Origin: Marsupella aquatica
Lineage: Eukaryota > Plantae > Marchantiophyta
DNA: 64,000 nucleotides
Assembly: GCA_973895155.1 (NCBI GenBank)
Contig: OZ316895.1
Coordinates: forward strand, 1,691,094 to 1,755,093
Direction of reading: 5' to 3'
A program made the position numbers and the translations under genes. Shown here in pieces: positions 34,167 to 49,015 of the stretch; position 1 is the first letter of the stretch, and every line of letters begins with the position of its first letter. A model generated the notes under the pieces. That model did no database searches, had not been told where the DNA came from, and saw only the letters and a program-made list of their open reading frames with translations.

Positions 34167-34960
34167 GCGTCTGATTGAATGTCTCTCTCATGTTCCGCAT
34201 TGTTGTCTAGTCAGGAGCCAACGGTTTCTTACACACTTACACGCAGTAGATTGAACTAGCTTTTTCTCTCACACCATCTCCACTATTGTACCTCCCAAAA
34301 TACCCCACCATGACTATCCTACCCTCACGTACAAAACTTTTGCTGTCCCACTCTTTGACCTCACTTGATTTAGTGACTAATACAAAGTACAAGCTCATAT
34401 TATATATATCTCTCATACTAATAAATCACAATGAGAAGTTAGAGTTGGGGTCTAGGCTTCTCAAATGAAGTCTCTAGACCGTGACTCTAGGGCCCATCAC
34501 AATTTATGCGGATGGAAAGAAACATGGGATGGTATGTATGATAAAATGATGATCATGGATGATTTCTCATCATTTTTTCTAACATTCAAAGAAAGTGCAT
34601 TCACACTGGTTTACAAAACAAGCCAAAACAATGATGAACAAACAAAAACAAACGACATCTAAAAGTCCAAACTCAAAACAAGGGAGCAAAGGGAAACCCC
34701 AAGAAGCTACAAAGAGAAAACAAATCAAATGGGAAAATAACTACCAGAATTGGATACAATGCTGGGTCAAGGTGAGAGGGATCAGATCTGTATCACGTCT
34801 AAAAATTGACCATTTCATTATGTGTGAATTAAATGCGCCCCAAGTGGCTAAAGGCTTTGAGGTATCTATGAGTACCTTCAGTCCCCTGGAGAAGTATTGG
34901 ATATGACGTAGTGTCAGGAGTCAGGGTGAGAGGGATCATTTTACTATAAAAGTGCCAAAT

Positions 34961-35350
34961 GAAGCCTACTCTTAAGGGCCTAGGTCTAGAGTGAAGCCTC
35001 TAGACCGTAACTCCCAATATACACAAAATTGATAATGAAGTTCAATAAGGTCAAAAAAATTATTTATTTATTATTTTTAATGTTAAAGGCGCAATCTGTG
35101 AAACCCCAAAGAAAGAGAAGAGTTAGTCACAATAGTTGAGCCCAAGGCCTATCAATCTCTACTATAGTAGGGTTGAACTACTGGATACGAAAAAGTCATG
35201 CCTTTCTAGGCCGGTCAAAATTTTAAATGAGGATGGACAAAAGTGACATTGACTCTAAATAAAGGTAGGAAAATGAGGATGGACAAAAAACAAAGATGGG
35301 GCAAAGACTAACCAAAATAACATAGAAGTTTTATTGTGCAAGATTTTCTG
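34961..35350 (+). repeat. Dispersed repeat, also at 49411-49622 (TE remnant)
   Basis: GAAG.CTACTCTTAAGGGC..AG.TCTAGAGTGAAG.CTCTAGAC and GATGGGGCAAAGACTAA.CAAAAT in both copies. Confidence 0.8.
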
Positions 35351-37147
35351 GAAAAAATTTGCTTAATCAACCCCCTGGATACTTTTCCCCAATCTGGACC
35401 GTTGATGGACCTTTCGATCTCAGATCTGGACTGTTGATAGACTTCAGGGGGTCATCACGCAACAAGTTTCGTTTTGGGGGTCTATCAAGCAAATACCTCA
35501 AATTCAATTAACTGGTCATGGCGCTAGTGTTCAAAGATCACAGAGCTAGCCTAACATCTGACCATATCATTATGTGCTTAGGGTGACTGTGCCTTTGAAG
35601 TCGGAATGGGTACCCGTGAATTAGGTTCGGGCAGAGTCCCCTGTGGAGGAGAATATGGGGACAAGTTGTTGTGCATAGAGCAATGGCGCAATGGCACGGA
35701 TGTGGCCTACTAAGTCTGAAGGTACTTGGAGAAGATTTTCTCCTATCCCAAGCCGACAGACAGTTGACTGCACTCGGTGCTCCGTGTCTGCTCATTCTAG
35801 TTTTACTCTGTGTCTTACACTTCCTAGGTGCTTAATTTTGCCCTAGGAATCCCAAAACTTCAGAGAGCTCTATTTGAGTCCCAAAAATGCTTAAAGGACA
35901 AAAGAGCTTTCTGAAGTTTTGGTTTCACATTGTTGAGAAATCTCTAAATGGTTTGATCGTACTTGATCGTATGGCAGACCTCCGTGATCGTATTTTCGAT
36001 CTTCCTTGAGAGTTAGGTTTGCACTCACTACATATTCAGGGGGAACGTTTGTAAACCATCTGTTGAGGCCATGCTGAAACTTGTAGGTTGCAGTTTATTT
36101 TAGTGGGACTATTAGGAAAGTTGAAAGACTACAGTCGTTACTTAACCAAACATACTGATTGCAGTAGGTAGGACCAAAAGAATTGCATTAGATTGTGGGC
36201 TGAAGTAATCTACCGTGGATATTCCGTGTAGACCTCTGCCTCGATGAGAAGGCAATTGCACACTAAAGATTGGTGAACATTCAAAATTTCACTGGAAAAG
36301 TTGGTTTCAGTTGGGGATCATTCATCTGTAGAGTGCGATTGTACGCTATGCTTGTGGAAAATTGTGGAGGACTGTTGTTGCCCTGCAGATGGGGAGATAG
36401 AATGCTGAACGAGATTGAAATGTAACAGAAAGGTAACAGAGGAGGACCAAATGGGGCAAGTGACGGAAGGTAGAAATCGATTCTAGGGCTGATGTGAGTG
36501 CAGAAACTTAAAGCACGGAGAAGGGCAACCTAAATTGCATCGAAACCAATTAATTGCACAGATTGAATCCGTCTCCTTTTTGGGCGAATATGATATGGAC
36601 TCTGAATGAAAATACACGTTTAGTGTGAATTGAGTACGATGATTCTTATTCTCCAATTTTTCGCTGAAGCATAAGAGGAGCTTTCTAATTTGGCGCCGGC
36701 CATTACGAAGGACCCATCAGTGGAAGTACTACTGAATGCAGTAAGGCGAGTTTGGAGGCAATTAGAAGGGTCTGCGCACTCTTTGTAACAATCAGAATCA
36801 ATTCAGTCGAATAATCATGCATAATAATTTGAGATGTTATGATTTTGTATTATTCTCAAGATAGGAATTTGGCCAAGTTGATTTTGACAAGTTGTGAACG
36901 AAAATGTCTGGCCAGTTTCCTGTCCGTCTCTTCTCTTGCGCCACTCTCAGAAACTTAAATTTCAGGCTTGGATGTGTTGGGATGTTTGTGATAGCGTAAA
37001 GTAATCAACCAGGACGTGCCCCATTCTTTTGGTTGGCGCAGAACAAGAGAGAAAAGTTGAGCTCCTCACGAGCCAAAAAGAATCTCCCAGTTGATCTCAT
37101 TAGAAGATTTTCAAGGCTCGGAGTGCAAGAGTCTATCATCAGTCACC

Positions 37148-40100
37148 ATGGAAGCTCGTCAAAGAGAGATCATAGAGGCCGAGAAGTTTGACCAGACCAT
37201 GCGCCGGACCAATCAGCGTTCTAGCTGGGCCGTAAGTGCATATTCTCAGAGTTCTCCATTAAAATTGGCTGTAATACAATCATATCGTCCGTGCTATAAT
37301 TACATGCCCGAAAGTTCACAAATTCATGCGTTGAAACCACTTCAGGGAGAAGTTTGCCCAGATACTTTCAAGGTATGCAGATCTAGAGCCACTGAATACT
37401 CTGTTGGAGGAGCTTATCAACGAGTTATGGATTCGTGACTTCGGTCGTTTTGAAATTTGCTACAGCAATTGAATCAGAGGGACGCTCAAAGTAGTCTGAA
37501 CAGTGCAATCGAGGCAATCCAGGAAAACATTCGCAAGGGATCGACGCTAATTGACCCACAAAAGGTTGCACCAAAGAACTTGAGAACTTCGGTATGTACA
37601 AACACAAATCTACACTCCCTCAACTCCCATGTAGTAATGGGATTGAAAACACAGCAAGAGGATACTGAATAGCAATTCACCCTTCGTACTTAACTGAACC
37701 AGCCCTGAAATTCGATCATGGGTAATCGGGTTACTGTCCTTTGCAGTACGAAGAGAGGAAGGACACTTTGAGCAAGCAGATATTGCTTGATCTTGAAGCT
37801 AGCTTTTTGGCTTTGGAGGAGAGTGACCGTGGCATGATGGAGAAGGTATTCTCTTAAAATTGGAGTTGTTCCGGAACCTGTCTTTCAGTTTTCCTTTTGC
37901 TCTATTGGTTGCTAATAGATATCAAGAGCTGCCCATTGAGTTTTTTCAGTTGTATAGTCTAAGTAATGATGAACAGCTGGAAAGCCGACAGCTATTGGTG
38001 AACTTTCATACCGAATTCGTGTTGAACTTGCTGTGGATAGTCAATGGAGAGAATTCGTTACCCTGGTCCTACTAAATTCCATTCACATTCGCTCAGTGAT
38101 AAATCCTTAAATTAAATGTGCGGAACCATTCTGACCCAAACGGAGTAAGCGTAGGTAAGATCGAGTTTACTAGGCTATGCGCTGCTCTCATGAAATTTAA
38201 GGGTGTTGAAGCAGTATCCACGTTACGAGTGGGATCGCTTGATCTGACAACTGTGGATTTATTGCTCCATCTTTGTACTCCAGGATGCCTTCGTCAAAAC
38301 ATGCTCGAGTATAAAGAACCTATCAGACAAGATGACGTGAGTCAGTATAACACTCTTTAATTTAGGCGGTAATCATTCTGTCAATACTTAGTGCATCTGG
38401 CAATAAATACATTTCCACCTAGTAGAACGAATTCCTATTCTACTGGGCTCATCAAGATACATTTTTTGCCCGAGAAGCACACAGTCCACTTGAAAATGGA
38501 CTCGCGAGATGGAAAGGAAATCAAAGAAAGTGAGGGACTAGATTTTCCATAAAGCTAATTCTGGGGAGCAGCGCAATAATGAGAGAGCATGCCTGTTTTA
38601 TGCTATACTTAAAGGTACTACGTTGTAGTTTAGAAAATATTTTGAGAGTAATTTTAAACTTTCCTCCCATGTTAATGCAGCCAGAAACAAACGGAGCATT
38701 TGTTCATGAAAATTGACTGTAATAGCACCGGTGCTGTTAGCTTTGAGGACTTCACGAGTTACATACTTCTTCAACAGGTACACATGCGGTTTTGGCGGAC
38801 AGTAATAGTGAACAATTATGTAAGTTGTTGAAACAAGGAAAACAAAATGGAGCAAACAATTCCCTCTGAGAGTCATTGATCCATTTTGTCTGGTTTAATA
38901 ATGATGGCAAGCACTCTGTTCTTGCTTTAGTTGTCAAGAGAGGCAGAACCTGCATCGGAACATACGACATTTGTGAAGGTCAGCTCATTTGGCAGCAAAA
39001 AGTTTGGGCGATGTGAATTTGAAGATTCAGATGAAGAAAATTCAGATGGAGAGGAGGATCGAGACACAGCTGAAGCCATGATGTCGAAGCCTGAAATGAT
39101 GGCGGGAGGAGGGAAACGGGGAAACATCGAGAAAATCGCTCGAGCGGGCAACATTATTGAAAAGGTGATGCCGAAAGCTTTGAAACTCACTTTGTCCAGG
39201 ACTTAGTGAAGCTTACATACCATTTTCATATTTCATACGACAAGCATGGTCACTAAAAGATCCGTCTCAGGGCTATCCAAGTCTGACTTTGTTCTAACTA
39301 GTTCACAATTTAGATCGTATACTCACTTGGTTCTTCTAGGTACTTATGCTCCTGATAGCATGCAAGAAGAAAAATCAATCCTGAATCTCGGAGCTAGAAT
39401 CAGCACTTTTCGAAAAATTACCCAACTTCATTCGCCTAGTACTACTTCGTACTTTTCTGTTTCTGCATCGGGGCTCGTTGCCTACATGATTTTCTCATTT
39501 ATCCTGGGGGGTACATTTGTCTTTGAAGGAAATACTGTATTTCAGTTCTGGTCCATGGCTCCATTCGGGCATAATATCGTTAACTTCATTCCTTCTTTGA
39601 ATCTAACTAAGAATTCTGCAGACTCTGTTATTAGGTCCACTCGATTGCTACGTTACGGCCACGCAACAAGGAATGATGAAATTATGGTCTGCAGAAAATT
39701 TAAAGCCTCTACGTATTGTCCAGAATGGGACTGGTGGTAATATCATCCTTTCAAGTTTGTTTTTATCTCAAAAAAATAAACAAATTTTTTAGACTGCACA
39801 GCAGAGGAACAATGTCTACTGTGATTCTATACAGTAGTCAGCTCTAAGAATACTTTCTCCTTTGCAATGTTCTACGAAGATAAAGACTCCTGGCCTGCTG
39901 GACACGGTGAGACCTTAGTTTCATTAATCTCTTTCGAAAATATTTTTCTCTTTCGAACCAACAGTGGATCCAAATCATCCGGAAGTGACATCAATGTGAT
40001 AAATAATGATCATTGATGTTCCAATAATGGCATTGTGCTCACAGCTTGGATCACAGACGTGGTGGCAATGGCTCGCCAACCCCTTGCAGTTTTTGCTCTT

Positions 40101-43100
40101 GATAGAAGGTAGATTCTATCCTAACAGCTTAAATTTTTCTTTCAATCTTCAACTATGTCTAAAGCATTTGAAGCTTATAATTTTGCAGCTTGTTGCTAGT
40201 TACAAGTTGAGTGTGGGAACCTTGTCGTGACCAGACGATTCAGATTAGTTCTCTGATTCCCTACAGGATTAGGACCATTGGTTCTTCAAAGCTCTGACAT
40301 CTCTCACGATCGGTATCAATGTTTTGTACTAAAATTGTAGAAAGAATTTGGTTGTTTTGAGGGAATAAGTTTTAATGCGTCAATGTGTGAAGAAATAGTC
40401 AAAAAGAGAATTATACTCATGAGTTGTTTGGCAGTATCACGTTTTACGACACAGGGAGATTATCATTCGATGAATTAGGGCGGGTGGAGAATCTCGTAAG
40501 ATTAGACCCCTTTGTATATTTATGTTGCACCTGCACAGGTCAGCAGTGTGTCTCACCTGTAAGGATGAGATAGCAGTCGTCTCTTGTAATCCTGAGATCT
40601 TGTTCTGCCATCGTATTGGACCATTGATAGATGCAGTTGGATTTTCCGCAGGTCAATGCTCCAATGTGTGCAACATGGTTGAGAGTAGCCGAGAACGACA
40701 AATTGATCTATGGTGACGACTTAGGAATTGTGCATACTTTCACCTTCCATGATGAATGGGGCGGGTACAGCTCATCAGCTTTGCACCACAGCTGCTGACA
40801 AGTTGAATGTTTTCTGAAGCAGAAAGTTCTTCGATTTTCGGGAATTTCTATGTTGGAAAACATACTCTTCGTCCATGGCATGATTTGCCCTATTGTGGAT
40901 GTAATCTGAGTTAAGACATGTGGTTTTAAGCCTGAAAGCACTAGCTGAAAGCTGATAATTGTCAGCAGGGATACAGATAAACCCTTTGGAGTGATAGACA
41001 AACACCTGCCCCCTGGAATGACAGAAAGCATTCCTTGGCTTCTACACTCTGACTGGGTTACTCGGGTTCGATTCTTGAGTCATTCGAACTCTTTGATGAC
41101 TACATCGATGGACGGAAGCTTACTCATGCTGGATTTCGAGAGGAGGCACTTGAAGTGGTCAGCCAAAGAGCATGCCCATGGTATATATGGATGTGAGTAC
41201 TGCAGGTTGTTACTTTGGCTTCATCCTTGGCTCTTCTCGTGCCCGACGAGTAATTTCAAGAGCGTCAATAAATTCTCAAGGCCCTGACTAAATCTGAACA
41301 ACAATTTTGGGTTAGATCAGAAAGTGAAAGCAGTTATTATGTGTGAAAATGCTGCTAACATACACTACAAAGTTCAAGTCTTCTTGCCGAGAAAGTTTTC
41401 TATTGATACAGTACGAAGTAACCAATTGAATGCTATGTATGTCATACACTGCCTGATTTAGGGTGGTAGCTTGCAGGAGCTATAACTTCATTGTGACTTG
41501 TGGGCTAGAAAGGTATATAAATATATGGAACCCATTTACAGCAAAGACAATGGGGGTGCTACATGGACATGAAGCATCTGTACTGGTTTGTTATACTCAG
41601 TTCCCTCATCTCAGGAAATTCAAAACCTGGAATAAGAGAGGTTCATTCAATGTGATTAGAAGTCGTAATGGAGAAGCTTGCTGTCTGTGAATTTGACAAG
41701 AAGGGATGACCACTTGTTTTTCAATGTCAAAATTAAAATCATGGGAAGCAAGTTAAAACTGACAAGAAACTCCTCCACTAATTTGTCACTTTCGTGTTGA
41801 AGTTGGTCTATCATGTGTTACCAGGATGTGGTGGTTAATGAGGCTGACAATCAAATTGTGAGCATTGGAGCTGACTCGGTGATTAAAGTATGGGACATGC
41901 GGAGTACTCGCTGTTTGCAAACTGTTTATGAGAAGACTGACTTTCTTCCCACTAGGCACAACCTTTATTATGACAATGAGAAAAATGTAAGAGGAAACAA
42001 TTCGTTTCCATAGTGTACTAGGGAAGAGGTCGTTGGGGTGGGGTTATTTTGAACGGGGCAGTAGATGGTGGGAACTTGGTTGTATTCGGGCTGTACTGAA
42101 TTGTTTCAAAGAGTCTATTATAGCCTTGACGACAAAGACCCGTGCTTAGATATTGCTCAAAAGTTCCCTCGAAGCGGCTTTCCATCAGCGCTAGTCATCG
42201 AGTTTTCTGCCATTTGTAAGTGTGGCTGTTGATTTCAATATGCTATACATTCGTTTCAGTTACCTGACTATTCGATACACAGTACAGGTTCTGCTATGTG
42301 GAGGTGCCTCCATTGAAATGTGGCACAAGAGAAAGGCCCGTGAAGCTCGAACTTCTAAAATCTGTTCGTGTCTCTACAACGCTTTATTTCGGCAGGTATT
42401 CAGTTACCATTGCTTCGAGTGGCTTGAATAAGTCACAATAAATCTCATATGCTGTGTGGATTCTAAAAATGCTCGTTGGAATTTTGGAAGAAATGACTTT
42501 TGGAGTTGGATGTGTTGACAGGTAGTTGTCGGGGAGGTGGATTCACTGGTCATGGTTTGGAACATTGAGAATGGAGATGACGTGTTTACATTCTCTGACA
42601 GTAGCAGGTAAGATTTTGGCTTGTTCAGGGAGAATATCAGTAAATCTGGTTCTCACAAGCAGCTTGATCACAGGATGTACCGTTCATAAAGAGTGTTCAT
42701 TGCTAAGTTGCGGTATATGTTAGTGACAAGCTTCTTGAGATAGCTGGGTCTATTGTTGCAAAACTACCATGAGATCAACAGCCAGGGTAAGGGCGGGATA
42801 GCCAATCATTTCTGAAGGGACTTGTGGACTACAAATAAGCCAAGTAGGATTTGAACCTACGACATCAGGTTTTGGAGACCTGCGTTTTATCGAACTGAAC
42901 CAAGAGCGTAAAATTTGAAATACTTGCATATTATGTACAGTAGTCAAGATATTAGATGAATGGAAATGCAACAAGCTATTAATTTTCTGAATCCTTTGAA
43001 TTTCTCTACTTCAAATTCACTTATTTCAAAGCAGGGGGACCATGCTTTCAGCAATGGCATTTGATCAATCTCAGCGAAGGTTGCTCCTTGGAGGCCAGGA

Positions 43101-46100
43101 TGGAAGTTTGCGTATGTGGAATTTCAACAATGGCCAGTGTTTGAAAGAGTTTCATGGGTTTGGAACGGTGAATTTTCCTGGTCCTTGACCGAATTTTAGA
43201 GTTGGATGTATAGAAAATGTGCCATTTTTTCTGACATGTCTAAAAAAGTCTTGTCAACTTGCTCTCGTATTGCAACATATTTGTCAGAACTAGAAGCCCT
43301 ATTGTTTAGCATGGTCATCTCTTGGTGCGTTTGATATCTTTATTATTTACCACTTGCTCCAATTCAAAAGAGGTTGAGCCGACTTGAATTTCGAGGATTT
43401 CCCAATGCTATATAGCTCAATGGATCCAGTGCTTCTTAACTGAAAGCCATGGAGCAGTTTCACCCTGCAGGATGAAATCAATGCTGTGACCTGTTTAGTA
43501 GAAACAAAGAACATGTATGCAATCGCAGCTGGGTGGAACAAAAAGGTTGACCAACTTTCCTGTTTCTGAGCTAGTGAAATTCTCTGTTGCTGCTCAGGCT
43601 TCTTACCTCATACTGAATTGGCGCGAGATTTTCTTCTATCGGCCCATGAATCCCCCTTACATCTTGTTGCTCTTTGTCGTGCGGGTTTTCGGTACTCAAG
43701 AAGCTCATGCACCTACAGATCATGTTTCGTCATTTGTAGACCAACGTGAAATTCTGCTTTCCAATTTGTTTTAACGATATCAGGGACAGTAATCGCTTAT
43801 TGGCTTGGATGGTTCAGGTTTGCTTGTGGCATGATGGATCACAGACAATTGAACCCCTTACAAAACGGATGGTGGGCCACACAGATGATGTTGTGTGCAT
43901 GACAAATGTGCCCCCGAGTAATATCGCCACAGGGGGTTGTGATGGGAAGGTCTTCTCTCTGTAATCAGACTTCACAGTTGAATGTAATAATTAACTCGCA
44001 TTTGAGCCTTTGCTTCTTCAACGCGCGTGAGGAAATTTCTCGTTTAAAGTCAATCAACCTACAAAGTTCATTCAGGCAACTATTAAAGTCGGAAATATGT
44101 ATAGAATCTTTTGCAAGGTTAAGCATTACCTTCCATCACTTTATCACACAGTGTGGATATGTGAATGTTGAATCTCCCAACAATTCCCTAGATCCAGCAT
44201 TCTCTTGCCACTTTGTACTTCTGTCCTTTGTCCTGGTAGGGTCTCTATCAACTATGACCATAGTATTAACTTGCTGATATTAGTCTGCAAGATTTAACAG
44301 TGCAATGCTCTTAAATTCCAGGTTCTGAATTCGGGCTTATTTATTTTATTGAAGGCTTTCCGCATGCGTCCTTTATGTGTATTCGACTTTGATTGGGAAC
44401 CATCCATTGGTGGTTTTTGTCTTATGTGATTTCCATAAGCGTTTGAATACTGTTCGTGATGACCTTCCAGATTATTATTTGGAAGCTTGATGGCGTGATT
44501 AAGACAGTTTTCCGCTCTCCTGAAGTTGATCTCCTGGCCTTTGACGAGAGTACCATTTTGAATCTTCTGTACTTATCTAAGAAGGTAAGCCTTCCTCCCA
44601 GAATGACCACAACATTGGATGATTGCTAAGAGAACAAAAGTGGGCCCACGTTCAGTCACAAGGTAGACTGCAGGCCGGGTCGTATCTATGCAGCAAGGTA
44701 TAATGAATGCTGACCAATACAGAAGTATGTAATTTGCGAGCAATCATGCATGTCGATCGTTCCATATCCCCGTCATTGGCCTCTCTCCATATCTTATGTC
44801 CTCTGTTATGGATTTTTGATGAAAAGGTTAAAATGTTGGTGGCCTCAATAGCGAATGGTCATCTTCATTTTTGGCGATTGCATGACTCTCAAAGGGTAAG
44901 ACTTATTTCAGCCCTAAAAAATCCTTTAGTCTTTCTGAAAACTTACATGTCCATGCTTACTCAGTGAAATGAGGGATAGGCATACTCTACTTGATAATCT
45001 CCAGGTTGAATGGTAAGGCGAACTCCCAAGTATGCAGCAGAGAATTCTATGCTACTTCATATATTCTACAACAGATCTTACAGTAGATTCCCTTTTAATA
45101 ACGACCTCATGTCTGATGATTTGTGTACATGATCCTGAGGTGCTAACAAGAGTGTCATCTTGGCTAGATTTATGACCTCGAAACACAACACTATGGAGCA
45201 CCTGGCCCAATATGTGTTGATGCAAAAAATGAGGTTGGTGACTTTAGCCTCTTTCCAACACAATAGATCAGCTAGGGCGTGCCTCTAATAAAACGCTATA
45301 CAATAAAAAGAACGGAAGGTCCGTGCTTCAAATTGCCAACTTTCAATCGAGTTGGTATTGAGCTAGACCAAACCCCAAGGGTTTGATTCCCTACAAGAAG
45401 AGGCTTTATCTGTACATGTCAAAGTTTGTGGTGATTTCTCAAAAACTACTTTCCGGGTTGGAATAAACCTGCTGGCTGCACTTGGAGAGCAGCCTGACTG
45501 AATGTTTATGTGCATTAAACAGAAGATTACTGAACAAATGGATATTGAATTAGTCAGTTCAATTCAACTTTTGGATAGCTTCTGTGCTCAGGTAATTTAC
45601 ACCTGCTGCTCCAGAGGATATGTTAAAATCTGGTATATAAACGACATTGACTTTAGTCATACCGCTACAGAACCCGTTGTGATACCAGGACCATCAACCT
45701 TTCGAGCTCATCATGAAAGCATTGTAAGTTTTGCCCGTTTAAATTTGCGGATCGGAATCAAAAGGTTCTACGTTGAGTGCGACCTTGCTAGATTATCTGT
45801 GTGTTTGTTCGAAGTGATCATCCTTCAGCTCCTCATTTTCTTGATGTGGTAATAGTTGGTTGTGGCTTTGGTAACCTTATAAGGTTTAGTTATCGAGAAT
45901 CCACCGATCGAATGAAAGGCGCTATCTTTTACCAGTTACTAATTCCCTTTGACTTGGAAATTGCGTGCAGGTGAGTTTGTCTTTTGTAGACCAAGACAGA
46001 CTTTTGATAACTACGTCACTGTATGGGACAATGTAAGGGCTCTCCGGTTCCTGTCTAGCTCTGCCACAATATCCCCAAGTATAACAGGGTTGACTGGAGT

Positions 46101-48007
46101 CTAAAGATTAAATTGTGGACTTACAGGATTAGTCTCATTCCATACTTGAACTGTTTTCTCTTAGAGTGAAGTTTTGCTTACCCTGAAAGGATTTAAAGAC
46201 CACTTTTAACAGAAAATTGTGTCGGACTTTATGGGCAGACGTTTGTGGACGCAAGTGGGAATAAGAATTGGTCAATTTGGGCAGAAAGAATTGTGGGATC
46301 TGACATCAATGAGTACGTGGAGAACTAGAGAGCCTTCCTATCTCTCCCCAGCCCTTCATCGTAAAGGACTAGACCCTACATTGATGCGGCAGGCAGTGAG
46401 GCCCACTGGAAGCAGAGGCTCGAGGGGGACGAGTATTAGAGAATCAACACCATTGGGTCGAACTTCGACAACCTGGCGGGACAGCTTTATAGAGGAACAA
46501 AATGAAAAGTTTGCAGATCCATTGCCGCCTCCTGTGGAAGTGGACCCAAGAATGTATGTCTTACGTGACGACTGAATTATCATCATATATTGACATTAAC
46601 TAGATCAAATTTACATGACTGTTCTGTAAATAAAATGCTGTCGAAAAATTTTAGATATACAGTCCATCAAGTTATAATGAACTTTGATGAAACGCATTGT
46701 AGTGGATGAAAACCTTAACATTAAAGCCTTTTTTTCGAATGTACAAAGTGTTATGTGAGATTTCTGGGTGGATATCCTGCAGCTCTTATCTGAGCAACAG
46801 AGATTGATGTATCAGTCACTTCCAAGTGCTAAGTTCATGTTGAAAATTAGGGTTCTTATTTTTTTGTATCCATCTTGTCATCTAGAGTGAGCTTAGAGTT
46901 CTAAACTTTGGTGTCTGGCTTTGCACCAGAGAGTACCAGGCAAGGAAGAAAGCTGTTTTGGATTATGGGCCGCCATGGCTAAGGATGGAAAGCTGGTACA
47001 ACCCTTTCCGGCAAGCCATCGATCGACAGCTACCCTACAAGGTCGATCTTGTTATAAGACTTTCCCAGTCATTTGATCACCTTCCATCCAGTTAGTTTAT
47101 CTCACATTTTGAATCCAGATTGTGCCCTGTTCAAACAATTGATCTACTCTTATTGACCACACAAATACTGCTCCTATCTAAGTGTCGCACAATTAATTAT
47201 CTGAACAATTGCCATGGAGTTCTTGCTGACATTCAAACTATTCCGTAACTTTTCAGTAGAGAATCTTGTTACCTAATGTGATTGATGAGGTACCGCCTAA
47301 TTGTTGCTTACAGTCTTTGTTAGTACCACCTGCCACAGACTGCCTCAGAAGACCTTCATTGTGCTTTAGAGACGGTTTACAACCCAAGCTGTCATATGGA
47401 TGGGATGGCTAGTTAGGCGCAATTAGCTACATCGTATAACATCATAGGTTATAAATCCTCGAGCCCATAGAGACTACTCCAGCTCTAAAGGCGAGAAGCT
47501 AAATAACACTGCAACATGACATTAATCGTTGATTACCACAACAGGGGGTCTAGGGCTGTTGGTCCTGCTCCTTAGAAAACCATAGGCATTAGGCCCTTCG
47601 GATGAAATAATAAATGTTTTCTGCTTATCACATACTACATGAAGATTTACCCTTAAAAGTTGAATCTGGCCCAATTTCTTCGTAGAATCTCAATGTTGTT
47701 GGACCACTTCGACCTCCTGGGTTCATTCAAAGAGCCAAAAGAGCACAAAGACAAAGCATAACTCCTAGTACTTCAAGAACACAAAGCACACGACAACGAA
47801 GAGGTTCGAAGCAACTTCAACTTCAGGTATGACACCTTTCAGAGCTGAACCTGACTGCTCAGGATTTTTGCACTTGAGAGGTTCATGTGGTTCGATGCTA
47901 TATTGCTTCACACTAATGTGCCTTTGTGATGTTTAAAGGGTTCTCAACCTAAGCCTGGAGTTACCATGACGGCAAAGGAGAAGGCAGAAACAATACCCCT
48001 TGATTGA
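37148..48007 (+). CDS. Multi-exon WD40-repeat protein, WDR49/WDR64/WDY-like (cilium-associated family); exact exon structure not fully resolved
   Basis: Exons encode HSDWVTRVRF, FIVTCGLERYINIWNPF, LHGHEASVLDVVVNEADNQIVSIGADSVIKVWDM, MVGHTDDVVCM; many GT..AG boundaries. Confidence 0.8.
42836..42909 (-). pseudogene. trnW: Plastid-type tRNA-Trp(CCA) pseudogene in a WD40-gene intron
   Basis: ACGCTCTTGGTTCAGTTCGATAAAACGCAGGTCTCCAAAACCTGATGTCGTAGGTTCAAATCCTAC resembles chloroplast trnW-CCA; 3' acceptor strand does not pair. Confidence 0.85.
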
Positions 48008-49015
48008 GAATTAGTTTCTGTTGGCTACCAATGAAACGGAAACAGCAGATCTCCACATTCAGCCAAGAACATTTTGGCAGTCAGTTTGTCAAACCAGTTC
48101 ACCACTTGAAATTACAGAGCGAACTCCGAGACATTTTTCTTATGCTAGAAACGGAAGACACTGGTTGATGACTTCCTGGAGATAGGAAATGTGCTTCTCC
48201 CACTATATGTAGCGACTCAACAAGAATTTTCGTGTGACAGAACGTTGACATATCTAGTCAACAATTGACCAAAAGCCAAGTTTTCTGTTCTGTTTAAATT
48301 CTGCGCCAACAACAAAACTCCGTCATGTCCAATTGTGAACACTGGCCGAAAACGAGAACAAATAAGGTTGCCATGTTTGATCTATGAATGCCATATCCAT
48401 TGATGTTCCGCTGAACAAAGGGAAGTCCTAGAATTGGGATTCTGCAAGGAGAAATGTTGGGCAAGGCCTGTACAGTATACAAAGGGAAGTCCTAGCGTTG
48501 GGATTACAAAAGTGCTGGGCAGGGCCTGTATAATATACAACATGAGCGACTATTTCACGTGGTAACTGAGGAGAGGAAAGAAAATTCATTGGGTCTTCTT
48601 GTGACCAACGTTTTATGCAGTTTGAGTTTTTGCTGGTCCTCGGAGCTTAGAAAGGGTCATTATTAGCCTCCTTCTATCATGAATTGTACCATACCCTATG
48701 CTACAGAATGTCTCTTTAGCTTTGCCTGCCTTTAAATATCCCTTCAGTTCTATTCTTGGTGACCAGTTTGGTCTCTAACCAAACCCAAACAAATTAAAAC
48801 AACCTATGGCGTACATAAGCATACTAAGATGTATCAAAAGAGCTTTTATCCACAATTTTATCATCTAAAATCTATTTGGGCTAAATGTTTTTATGCAACT
48901 ACTGCCTAGCTTCAAGACTTGCTTGGGAAAGACTACTTTGAATGTTCATATCCTCACGACGGGGTCATTGTCACATGCGAGGAAACGGTAAAAAAAAGCT
49001 TCGCACAAGCGGTCT

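Noticed and set aside
42836-42909. Functional tRNA-Trp gene
   Set aside because: Acceptor stem cannot pair and the D-loop GG is mutated
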